This document shows positions 1 to 8,528 of a DNA stretch of 45,547 nt, in pieces. The notes under the pieces are model-generated. The model ran no database searches and was not told where the DNA came from. It worked only from the letters and a program-made list of their open reading frames with translations. Location of the stretch: contig JAGYOA010000002.1 of assembly GCA_018399355.1 (NCBI GenBank), positions 1 through 45,547 of the forward strand, in the 5' to 3' direction. Every line of letters starts with the position of its first letter. Positions within the stretch are counted from its first letter, which is position 1. The stretch is from Candidatus Woesearchaeota archaeon (GTDB lineage: Archaea > Nanobdellota > Nanobdellia > Woesearchaeales > CG1-02-33-12). Position numbers and translations under genes: made by a program.

Positions 1-146
1 TATAAAAAAGAATTAGATTTTTATAAATATAATCCTTATAGTTTTCATTATTTTTTTGAACATCTTATTGATACATAAAAAGAACAAAATTATAAATTTA
101 TCGAATGATTTACTTTTTTTGAATTATTTAAATCAAATAATTAACT

Positions 147-1808
147 TTAATTTATGAATACTCCTTCTATGTAATATTTTTCTGCACCTTTATGTAGTGG
201 GATACATAAACCCTCTTTTGCTTGTTCAATGTGTGGTATGATGTAACTATCAAAAAAAGATTGGTTTTCAAAAAGATTCTTGGTTAAATTATATATAAAT
301 TCTTCATCTTGGTATTCATTGGTTATCAAAATCGAGTTAACAGCTAATGTATTAATATCTGATTCCATATTACTATATGTATCCTTTTTAATAGTTCCTT
401 TCGTATAAAATTTATTTTCTGATACTAAAATGTCAATTAAATCATTTTCAACAGGAATAACCATAAGATTAGATATCTCTTCTTCTTTGACTTGGAAAAC
501 TTCATTAGGTTTCATAGTATGAGGAATAGATATTATTAAAGCATCTACAACATTTTTTTGTAATAACCCTATTCTATCTCTGGCGTCTATATGGCCTCCA
601 GGAGGTAATCCTAAATCATCCCTATTATACTCATCTGAAGATATTATTAAAATTTCATTTAAAATTCCTTTTTTTTCTAATATTAACCTTGCATTTATGC
701 TGGCCATCTTATTTTCTGAGCCAATAATTACTTTCTTACCTATTAATCCATCTAATGAGGATATATTTGAACTTTTTTTAACTATGATATGGACATTTTC
801 TGGAAATAACAAAATAATACTTCTTATAGAATCCATTTTATCATCCTCAAAATCTCTTTTACCCTTATATTCATTATAAGCAATTTGACAATCTACAACT
901 GCCATATCTGCCTTGCCTTTATCAATTTTGATTATATTATCCAATGACCCCCTAGATAAAATCATTTTACAATCTCTTTCTTTAGTAATTAAATTACAAA
1001 TTTCTGTAATCTTTTGGCTTGTTGGAAAATATACCCCCCATGGCCAAGAAGAAGGAATAAGTATGTTTTGTTCTTTTTCATCTACTTTTTCATAACAGTA
1101 ATCTTTTATAGTCTCTTCTTTTATTTTATCACAAATCGATGAATCTAACTCAACTATGCCTTCACAACATAGTCTTTTATCTTCATTTCCTATATCAAAA
1201 CAAGCATTAATATCTCCTGTTTTTTCAGCAACTTCTAGACAGCAAGAATCTTTTTCATCTTCATTTTCTATGAAATCACACATTGATGAAGACCTGTCTG
1301 TTATGTTAATACAACAATACAACCTTTGGTAATATTCCTCTATGTTAGAACAAGCATAAAGTTCTTTATTATATTCTTTTATATCTTTGGGGTTAGTATC
1401 CTCTTTTATATTATTAATGTTAAAAAAATCTAACCCACCAAATATAAAAAATCCTGCCCCAATAATAATCACAACTAACACAAGAATTAACAATTTTGAA
1501 TTATTTTTTATGTTTTTAACTGATTTTTTCTTTGATTCATCAACAGTTGTTTTTATTTGCCGTCTTCTTTCTTGAAGTTTATCTCTTCTTGTTTCTTTTT
1601 CTTCTTCAAGATTTTTTATATTGTTTTCTTGTTTTTCATCTTTTTTTGTACTTTCTTTTTCTTGAGCATTGGATTCAGCAGCAGCCCTAATCGCACTATC
1701 AGCAAGTTCTTTTGGATAACCTTCTTTAATTAATATATTTCTTACCTCTTTTTTACTGTATTTTTTAAGGTCTTCACTTACATAATCAATTAGTCTTTTG
1801 CTGACCAT
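147..1808 (-). CDS. Membrane-anchored TAXI-family (TRAP-type) solute-binding protein homologue with Cys-rich repeat stalk
   Basis: ORF 147..1823. The GTG at 1823 sits inside an AGAGGTG SD-like motif, so the ATG at 1808 (MVSKRL...) is preferred. The C-terminal ~300 aa look like TAXI/immunogenic-protein SBPs (ends ...CIPLHKGAEKYYIEGV). There is a single TM (LLILVLVVIIIGAGFFIFGG), a K/E-rich cytoplasmic linker, and three ~24-aa CC-x11-13-C repeats. Confidence 0.6.
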   Translation of the reverse strand: MVSKRLIDYVSEDLKKYSKKEVRNILIKEGYPKELADSAIRAAAESNAQEKESTKKDEKQENNIKNLEEEKETRRDKLQERRRQIKTTVDESKKKSVKNIKNNSKLLILVLVVIIIGAGFFIFGGLDFFNINNIKEDTNPKDIKEYNKELYACSNIEEYYQRLYCCINITDRSSSMCDFIENEDEKDSCCLEVAEKTGDINACFDIGNEDKRLCCEGIVELDSSICDKIKEETIKDYCYEKVDEKEQNILIPSSWPWGVYFPTSQKITEICNLITKERDCKMILSRGSLDNIIKIDKGKADMAVVDCQIAYNEYKGKRDFEDDKMDSIRSIILLFPENVHIIVKKSSNISSLDGLIGKKVIIGSENKMASINARLILEKKGILNEILIISSDEYNRDDLGLPPGGHIDARDRIGLLQKNVVDALIISIPHTMKPNEVFQVKEEEISNLMVIPVENDLIDILVSENKFYTKGTIKKDTYSNMESDINTLAVNSILITNEYQDEEFIYNLTKNLFENQSFFDSYIIPHIEQAKEGLCIPLHKGAEKYYIEGVFIN

Positions 1809-1950
1809 ATTTAACTTAAACACCTCTTTTAGACTTAATATTTTTTTGCATTATTTATATTTTTTGTAAAATTCTTTAATTTATTATACTTTTTAAGTTT
1901 AGTATTTATAAACCACAAACTTAATAAACAAAAGAAATATTTACCTTATT

Positions 1951-2493
1951 ATGTACATAACAAAATTCCTTGACCTAACCTTGTTTGAAACAAAATACAA
2001 ACAGCAGGCCATTGAATTAATTGCTTACTCTTTCATAGCTTTTTTTGTTCCTTTTCTCTTTGGTCACCCACAGATTTTGGTTGGCACTCTTGTTAACATG
2101 GCTTTAATATTATCAAGCCTTTCACTTAAAAGAAACTTTTTACTGCCTGTTATCTTCATGCCGAGCATTGCAGTATTGTCAAGAGGATTGATTTTCGGGC
2201 CATTCACTGTGTTTTTAATCTACTTTATACCTTTCATCTGGATTGGAAACTTTATCTTGACAATCTTCTTTAAGGGCCTTTACATAAAAAAGAAAGCAAA
2301 CTACTTCATTACTTTATTTTCAGCAGGGTTTACAAAGGCAATTTTCCTGTTTTTTATTGCATTTGTTTTATTTAATTTAAATTTGGTTCCAGAAATATTC
2401 CTTGCAACAATGGGATTAATACAATTTACAACAGCAATTCTCGGAGGTATAGCTGCATTTGCAGTAATAAAATCAAGAGAAAAAATAAATTGA
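1951..2493 (+). CDS. Polytopic membrane protein, unknown function (about 5 TM)
   Basis: 180-aa ORF with an ATG start, hydrophobic throughout, with a GHPQILVGTLVN motif. I do not recognise the family. Confidence 0.5.
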   Translation: MYITKFLDLTLFETKYKQQAIELIAYSFIAFFVPFLFGHPQILVGTLVNMALILSSLSLKRNFLLPVIFMPSIAVLSRGLIFGPFTVFLIYFIPFIWIGNFILTIFFKGLYIKKKANYFITLFSAGFTKAIFLFFIAFVLFNLNLVPEIFLATMGLIQFTTAILGGIAAFAVIKSREKIN

Positions 2494-2497
2494 TAAA

Positions 2498-2800
2498 TTA
2501 ATCATGAAACCTGTGCTCAATAACTTTCTGCATTTCATTAAAAACAATATGAACTGCCTTTGTAAGATCCCACTCGCTTGACTGGGCATCAAATGATTTT
2601 GTCGGGGCAATAACCTTAAGCTTTATCTCATATCTTTTTCTTTCGCCGGTTGTGTCAAAGGTCTTTACATGGATTGTAATCAAGTCAATATTCTTTATAA
2701 CTCTCTTTATCTTTTCATAGTATTCATTGGCCAATCCCTTAACTACTTCAAGTTCATCTTCATTCAAATCCTTGATTCCGATAATTTTTATGTTTTCCAT
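2498..2800 (-). CDS. Small alpha/beta protein, possibly HPF/RaiA (S30AE)-like ribosome-associated factor
   Basis: 100 aa. The pattern of alternating beta (IKIIG, ITIHVK, YEIKLKV) and helical (EVVKGLANEYYEKIKRVI, LTKAVHIVFNEMQKVIEH) segments resembles the HPF/YfiA fold. This is recognition by eye only. Confidence 0.3.
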   Translation of the reverse strand: MENIKIIGIKDLNEDELEVVKGLANEYYEKIKRVIKNIDLITIHVKTFDTTGERKRYEIKLKVIAPTKSFDAQSSEWDLTKAVHIVFNEMQKVIEHRFHD

Positions 2801-2841
2801 ATTCTTTATTGGGCAAAGCAGGTTTATATATTTTATTGAAA

Positions 2842-3144
2842 TTAAATTCTAAAATCTGATCTGCAAAGGTTTTTTAGGTGTTTTTCCAATATTGAAATAT
2901 AAACAGGGTCAGTAAATCTTTTTATAGTAATATTTTTATTTTTATATACTTCAGAATATTTTTCTTTTTTTGAATACTTTTCAATTTCATTAGTTGGAAT
3001 TCCATACACATTATTTTTATTGAATTCAAATTCGCTTATCATTGGTTTTTTATTGAAATTATTCTCTTCTACTATAAACCCTGAATCTGATAAAAACAGA
3101 TGATAGTTTATCTTATGGTCCTGTATTTCATATACTTTTTTCAT
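2842..3144 (-). CDS. Hypothetical protein
   Basis: 100-aa ORF with an ATG start and no recognisable motif. It is divergent from pheS across the iteron region. Confidence 0.4.
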   Translation of the reverse strand: MKKVYEIQDHKINYHLFLSDSGFIVEENNFNKKPMISEFEFNKNNVYGIPTNEIEKYSKKEKYSEVYKNKNITIKRFTDPVYISILEKHLKNLCRSDFRI

Positions 3145-3180
3145 AAAAAAGAGATTGATTTTAGATATAAAAATCTTTTC

Positions 3181-3320
3181 TGTGGTAATTAATCCAAATT
3201 TAACTTATTTTTGTGGTATTTAATAGCAAAACTTATAAACAAGTGGTAATTAATACACTTTATTAGTATATGTGGTATTTAAAACAATAAAAAACAAATA
3301 TAAAAATATGTGGTAATTAA
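3181..3320 (+). repeat. Five direct copies of a (T)GTGGTAWTTAA motif spaced about 30 bp apart (iteron-like or operator-like array)
   Basis: Copies: tgtggtaattaa 3181-3192, tgtggtatttaa 3212-3223, agtggtaattaa 3242-3253, tgtggtatttaa 3271-3282, tgtggtaattaa 3309-3320. Start-to-start spacing is 31, 30, 29 and 38 nt. The last copy ends 2 nt before the pheS ATG (3323). Confidence 0.8.
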
Positions 3321-3322
3321 CC

Positions 3323-5029
3323 ATGGTTTACAGAAAGCAGGTTGAAATCAAGGGCCAAAAATATTGGTACCTATTCCATACTGTAAGGCACGGAGAAAAA
3401 TATCTTAAAAAATCAAAATATATTGGGAAAGAGCTTCCAGAAAATATTAATGAAATTGAAAAGGAATTTTTAGATGAAGTTAAAATGGGAAAACAGGAAG
3501 TTTCAAAAGAAATAAGAGAATTAGCTGAAAGCCTGCATCCCTATGAAAGAAAAGTTCTGCCCTTTCTTAAAGATAACAAATCATTAAGGGAGATTGTCAA
3601 GGCCTCAAAAATGAAGGAAATTGAAGTAATGAGGGCATTGCAGTGGCTTGAAAACAAAAACATTATTTCAATTAAAAAAGAGCTAAAGGAAATAATATCT
3701 TTAGGAAAAAATGGAAAAGATTATCTTGAAAAAGGAATGCCTGAAAAAAGATTTCTTAAGGCAATTGATGGAACAACACATATTGAAAAAATAAGGCAGA
3801 AAGCAGGGCTTGAAAAAGATGAAGTTAATGTATGCCTTGGAATCTTAAGGAAAAAAGCAGCAATTGAAATAAAAGAAGGAATGAATATAAAAATAACAGA
3901 ACAGGGAAAGAAATTATTGCAAAAGCCCTCATTTGAGGAATTGTTCTTAAAACAGCTTCCAATTGAATCAAAGAATTTAACACAAGAGCAAAAATACGCA
4001 TTTAATGAACTCAAGAAAAGAAAAGACATTATAAAAACAGATATTGTTACAGAGAGGACAGTTGAATTAAAAGAAATCTATGATGATTTAATCAAGGCCA
4101 AAGTTTCATTCAAGAATATAATAGATGAGCTTTCCCCTGAAATAATAAAAAATGAATCATGGAAAAACAAAAGCTTCAGGAGATATGACATAAAGATAAA
4201 TGTTCCTTCAATCTCAGGAGGAAGAAGACATTTTGTCAATGAAGCAGTGCAGTACATAAAGAGAGTTTGGCTTGAGATGGGATTTAAGGAAATGAAAGGT
4301 CCTTTACTGCAGACATCATTCTGGAACTTTGATGCTTTATTTACAGCGCAGGACCATCCTGCTAGAGAAATGCAGGACACTTTCTTTATCAAAAATCCAG
4401 AAAAGGGAAAACTTCCAGATAAAAAAATTGTTGAAGGTGTTAAAAATGTCCATGAAAACGGATTCAAGACAGGCAGCCTTGGCTGGAGATACAAATGGAG
4501 CCCTGAAATTGCAATGAAAAATGTTTTAAGAACACATACAACTGTTTTGTCTGCAAGAACCATAGCTGCATTAAAGAAAGAAGACCTTCCTGCAAAATTC
4601 TTTACAGTGGGAAAATGCTTCAGAAACGAGACAGTTGACTGGTCTCATTTATTTGAATTATGCCAAGTAGAGGGAATTGTTATTGATCCTGAAGTTAATT
4701 TCAAAAATCTTGTTGGATATTTAACAGAGTTTTACAAAAAACTTGGGTATCCTAAGGTAAGGATAAGGCCGGCATACTTTCCATACACAGAGATGAGCGC
4801 AGAAGTAGATGTTTTCCATCCTGTAAGAAAAGAATGGATTGAATTGGGTGGCTCTGGGATATTCAGGCCAGAGGTAGTAAAGCCATTATTGGGAGTAGAA
4901 GTTCCTGTGTTGGCATGGGGCCTTGGAATGGAGAGAGCAATATCAATGTACTACAATATAAGTGATATCCGCGATTTGTACAGGAATGATTTAAAGCAGT
5001 CAAGGGAAATAAAAACATGGTTGAAATAA
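3323..5029 (+). CDS. pheS: Phenylalanine--tRNA ligase alpha subunit (archaeal type) with about 55-aa N-terminal extension
   Basis: The C-terminal class II aaRS core carries motifs FDALFTAQDHPAREMQDTFF, GKCFRNE and GLGMERA. Upstream are repeated wHTH-like segments typical of archaeal and eukaryotic alpha subunits. It is immediately followed by pheT. Confidence 0.95.
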   Translation: MVYRKQVEIKGQKYWYLFHTVRHGEKYLKKSKYIGKELPENINEIEKEFLDEVKMGKQEVSKEIRELAESLHPYERKVLPFLKDNKSLREIVKASKMKEIEVMRALQWLENKNIISIKKELKEIISLGKNGKDYLEKGMPEKRFLKAIDGTTHIEKIRQKAGLEKDEVNVCLGILRKKAAIEIKEGMNIKITEQGKKLLQKPSFEELFLKQLPIESKNLTQEQKYAFNELKKRKDIIKTDIVTERTVELKEIYDDLIKAKVSFKNIIDELSPEIIKNESWKNKSFRRYDIKINVPSISGGRRHFVNEAVQYIKRVWLEMGFKEMKGPLLQTSFWNFDALFTAQDHPAREMQDTFFIKNPEKGKLPDKKIVEGVKNVHENGFKTGSLGWRYKWSPEIAMKNVLRTHTTVLSARTIAALKKEDLPAKFFTVGKCFRNETVDWSHLFELCQVEGIVIDPEVNFKNLVGYLTEFYKKLGYPKVRIRPAYFPYTEMSAEVDVFHPVRKEWIELGGSGIFRPEVVKPLLGVEVPVLAWGLGMERAISMYYNISDIRDLYRNDLKQSREIKTWLK

Positions 5030-5030
5030 A

Positions 5031-6662
5031 ATGCCCACAATAACACTTGATAAAAAAGATGTATTTAATTTAGTTGGAAAACAAGTTCCAGATGACAGGC
5101 TAAAGGACAGAATCTCAATGCTGGGAACAGACTTAGAAAAAGTAGATGATTTTGAAATTACAGTTGAGGTTTTTCCTAACAGGCCTGATTTATTGTCTGA
5201 AGAGGGGTTTGCAAGGGCATTAAGCTCATTTATAGGAGTAAAAACAGGATTAAGGAAATATGATGTAAAGAAATCTGATTTAAATGTTAAGATTGAAAAT
5301 TCTGTTGAGGATGTTAGGCCTGTTATAAGGTGCGCTGTGCTTAAGAATGTTAACTTAACAGATGAGGCAATAAAGAGCTTAATGCAGCTGCAGGAAAAAA
5401 TCCATTTAACCCATGGAAGAAAAAGAAAAAAGGTTGCAATTGGCGTTCATGATTTTGACAGGGTTAAGTTTCCCTTAACTTATAAGGCAGTTAAACCAAA
5501 TGAGGTTTCATTTGTTCCTTTAGGCATGGAAGAAGAAATGAATCTTTCTCATATATTATCAAGACATCCAAAAGGGAGAGATTATGCATTCTGCTTAGAG
5601 GGGTTGGAAAAATATCCAATAATAATAGATTCAAAAAATGATGTTGTTTCATTTCCGCCAATAATTAATGGTATTGTAACACAAGTAAGAGAGGAAACAA
5701 AAAACCTTTTTATTGATGTTACTGGAACTGATGTTAATGCTGTTACACAGGCATTAAATATCTTGGTTGCAAGCTTATCAGACAGAGGTGCAGAGATTTA
5801 TTCCCTTAATGTTAGTGGTGTTGTCAGCCCGGATTTAAGTCCTAGAAGAATGAATATTGATTTAGTATATGTTAATAAATTATTAGGCCTTAACTTAAAT
5901 CAAAAAGAATTTGAGGAGCTGCTTTCAAGGATGGGACTTGGTTATGATGAAGAAGTATTAATCCCTGCTTATAGAGGAGATATAATACATCCAGTTGATA
6001 TTGTTGAGGCAGTTGCAATTGCATACGGATTTGAAAATTTTAATCCTGAAATACCAAACCTTGCAACCATTGCAGAGGAAGATTCTTTTGAAAAATTCAA
6101 GACAAAGATTGCAAACATTTTTGTTGGAATGGGGATGATTGAAACAAATACTTATCACATTACAAACAAGGAAAATATCAACAAAAAAATGAATCTTGAG
6201 CTTAAATGCGTTGAGCTTTCAAATGCACTGACAACAGATTATAATGTTTTAAGGTCATGGATTATTCCAAGCTTGATTGATATTTTGAAAAATAATCGCA
6301 ACAGGGAATTTCCACAAAAGATTTTTGAGATGGGAATTTGTTTTAAGGAAAACAAGGATAAAGAGACAGGTGTAGAGGAGTTTACAAGACTGGCTGTTTT
6401 AATTTCTCATACAAAGGCAAACTTCACAGAGATAAAGCAAGTTTTGGATTATTTATTCAGGGCTTTGGATTTGAATTATGAGATTGAGAATACAGAGCAT
6501 TCAAGTTTTATTAAAGGAAGGGTTGGAAGAGTAATTGTTAATGACAAAAAATTGGCCTACATAGGAGAGATCTCGCCAGAGGTAATAACCAACTGGGAAT
6601 TAGAGATGCCAGTGGCCGCATTAGAATTAAACTTAACAGAGCTTTTTTCTTTAATAAATTAA
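5031..6662 (+). CDS. pheT: Phenylalanine--tRNA ligase beta subunit (archaeal type)
   Basis: 543 aa. The N-terminus MPTITLDKKDVFNLVG...FEITVEVFPNRPDLLSEEGFARAL is typical of archaeal PheT (B3/4 and B5 domains). It starts 2 nt after the pheS stop. Confidence 0.95.
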   Translation: MPTITLDKKDVFNLVGKQVPDDRLKDRISMLGTDLEKVDDFEITVEVFPNRPDLLSEEGFARALSSFIGVKTGLRKYDVKKSDLNVKIENSVEDVRPVIRCAVLKNVNLTDEAIKSLMQLQEKIHLTHGRKRKKVAIGVHDFDRVKFPLTYKAVKPNEVSFVPLGMEEEMNLSHILSRHPKGRDYAFCLEGLEKYPIIIDSKNDVVSFPPIINGIVTQVREETKNLFIDVTGTDVNAVTQALNILVASLSDRGAEIYSLNVSGVVSPDLSPRRMNIDLVYVNKLLGLNLNQKEFEELLSRMGLGYDEEVLIPAYRGDIIHPVDIVEAVAIAYGFENFNPEIPNLATIAEEDSFEKFKTKIANIFVGMGMIETNTYHITNKENINKKMNLELKCVELSNALTTDYNVLRSWIIPSLIDILKNNRNREFPQKIFEMGICFKENKDKETGVEEFTRLAVLISHTKANFTEIKQVLDYLFRALDLNYEIENTEHSSFIKGRVGRVIVNDKKLAYIGEISPEVITNWELEMPVAALELNLTELFSLIN

Positions 6663-6665
6663 AAA

Positions 6666-7319
6666 CTAACTTATCTCTTTTTCATACTTTTCAAAATATT
6701 TTTCTCTTAATTCATTTATTTCTTTCATAATAGGAATGTTAAGCCCTTTACCTTCAAGAAGGTCCAGCCTTTCTCCAACCCAAGTAATCCATACATCTTG
6801 TTTGCTTTTTTTGATTTGACTTTTTAATTCATTAAGAAATTTATCCCATTTTATTCCTTTTTGTGCCAAACTAATGCAGTCTTCTAGATCTCCCTCTCTT
6901 TCTGTCATTGTTTTGAAAAGGAAAATATCTTCATTAGAGCAAAAATTAAGTTTAATTTTTTTAAGGTTAATAACATTGATTGCTCTCTTCATCATTCCTT
7001 TTGAAATAGAAAACCTTCCACAAACCTCTTTCTGAAAAAGGTCAATCCTGAAATCATCCCTTACAAATATCTGGTTTAGATTCATATTTTTATATTTTAT
7101 ACTAGGAATCTTTTCTTTAAAATCAATTGATTCTAATGCATTCTTTAAACTTATGAATTCTTCTTTTGTTTCTACAACTAGATCTATATCTTTTGTAGCT
7201 GGCTTTAGTCCTTGATACAACAATACTACCCCTCCTATCACAAAGATTCTTACTTTATCTATCAATGAAGAATTTATCTCTTTAAACAATTCTTCTATTT
7301 CCTTAAATTTTGATATCAT
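6666..7319 (-). CDS. Nucleotidyltransferase-fold protein (AbiEii/DUF6036-like)
   Basis: The N-terminal motif IFVIGGVVLLYQGLKPATKDIDLVV matches the GG-x-A/V...T-x-DIDL signature of minimal NTases. It overlaps the upstream wHTH gene by 17 nt. Confidence 0.5.
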   Translation of the reverse strand: MISKFKEIEELFKEINSSLIDKVRIFVIGGVVLLYQGLKPATKDIDLVVETKEEFISLKNALESIDFKEKIPSIKYKNMNLNQIFVRDDFRIDLFQKEVCGRFSISKGMMKRAINVINLKKIKLNFCSNEDIFLFKTMTEREGDLEDCISLAQKGIKWDKFLNELKSQIKKSKQDVWITWVGERLDLLEGKGLNIPIMKEINELREKYFEKYEKEIS

Positions 7320-8166
7320 ACATCTCAGCCCTCTCCTTTATTTCATTAAGTGTTGGATAATCCGGAAAAGATTTTCCTTTTAAAACTAATTTTAGTTTAT
7401 CAACTATAAAATGCCTTACTTTTATTTGCTTTTTGAATTTAAGGTAAAACAATGAAATAAATATTAAAAATCTTATTGTTTTTTCTTTTTCAGCTACATA
7501 CAATGAATGTCTAAAAACAACATCTTTTGAAAGCCTTCTTTTAGGCAGGGTATAATAGTTTGTCGTAAGCAATATTTTTATCCCAAAATTTTCAAAACAG
7601 GAGAATGCAGTTAGAGTTGCATCTATTCTTCCTTTATTTGCAAAAACCAGTTCTTTGTCTGTTTTTTTGTATATTACTGAGTTTACAGGGATTTTTTTGT
7701 CAACAGATTCTGAAAATTTTTTGTATTCTTCAAGAAACTCTTTTAGGTTAGTCCATATTCTTGCATTTAGAACATAATTTTTCTTTTCTTTTCTTATTAT
7801 GCTTGTATTGTAGAATTGCTTCAGCTTTTGGTAAATAATGCTCTTTTTAAGTTTAGTTTCTCTTTCAATTTGTTTAATATTTTTTGGGCTTAATATTACA
7901 ATAAGTATTTTTATTCCATTTCCTGATAGTATATTTATAAGGTTAGGGTACTGTGATAGCAGATTTAGCAAAAGAGAACCGTGAGTTGTTTTTTTTGCTG
8001 TTATTCTGCCCCTGTATAATTTTATAAATTCCTTTTCTATGAGACTTTTGGTTGTTCTGTATATCTGCTTATCACTTTTTTTTACAGCATGAGCTATTTC
8101 ATTAATCTTTTTGTTTCCATTTGCAATCTGTTCAAGCACTCTTAATTCAGGTTTTGATAAGTTCAT
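7303..8166 (-). CDS. Winged-HTH regulator-like protein with large C-terminal domain (AbiEi-like candidate)
   Basis: The N-terminus LSKPELRVLEQIANGNKKINEIAHAVKKSDKQIYRTTKSLIEKEFI is a typical MarR/ArsR-like wHTH. A second wHTH-like segment lies around KNIKQIERETKLKKSIIYQKLKQF. It is translationally overlapped with the NTase gene. Confidence 0.5.
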   Translation of the reverse strand: MNLSKPELRVLEQIANGNKKINEIAHAVKKSDKQIYRTTKSLIEKEFIKLYRGRITAKKTTHGSLLLNLLSQYPNLINILSGNGIKILIVILSPKNIKQIERETKLKKSIIYQKLKQFYNTSIIRKEKKNYVLNARIWTNLKEFLEEYKKFSESVDKKIPVNSVIYKKTDKELVFANKGRIDATLTAFSCFENFGIKILLTTNYYTLPKRRLSKDVVFRHSLYVAEKEKTIRFLIFISLFYLKFKKQIKVRHFIVDKLKLVLKGKSFPDYPTLNEIKERAEMYDIKI

Positions 8167-8329
8167 ATTTCCATAAAAACATTACTTATTTATATACTTT
8201 TCGTATTTATATGGAAAAAAATAATAACCAAAAAGAAATTAGAGATGCTGGTGGATGTATTTGAATTAATTCCTAAATAATAAACCTTATAAACAAGTTC
8301 ATTAATTTAAACATTAAAGAGGTGGTTTT

Positions 8330-8512
8330 ATGGCAAAAGCAATGAAAAAACATCATGAGGGATTCCCAACATTTGCAGTTATTCTTCTTGTGGTTGGAAT
8401 AATATGGCTTTTAAATGACTTAAAAATAATTGCTGTGAATATTCCATGGATACCAATGGTTTTGATAATTGTTGCAGTTGGGATGATATATAATAGAATT
8501 AGTAAAGAATAG
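8330..8512 (+). CDS. Small 2-TM membrane protein
   Basis: 60 aa, preceded by AGAGGTGG 6 nt upstream of the ATG, with two hydrophobic helices. Confidence 0.45.
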   Translation: MAKAMKKHHEGFPTFAVILLVVGIIWLLNDLKIIAVNIPWIPMVLIIVAVGMIYNRISKE

Positions 8513-8528
8513 GCATTTTTATCTAAAA

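Noticed and set aside
1809-1823. Track start codons that lie inside Shine-Dalgarno-like motifs: GTG 1823, ATG 18794, ATG 20326, TTG 22923, GTG 31523 and TTG 38747.
   Set aside because: In each case the proposed start is part of a GGAGGTG-like or GGTGG-like motif or overlaps the preceding gene, and a properly spaced ATG follows 6-15 nt downstream. I adjusted the starts accordingly.
3181-3320. Whether the five-fold repeat could be a mini CRISPR array.
   Set aside because: The repeats are only 11-12 nt with spacers of about 18-26 nt, there are two alternating variants, no cas genes are present, and the array abuts a start codon. It is better described as an operator, iteron or promoter-like array.
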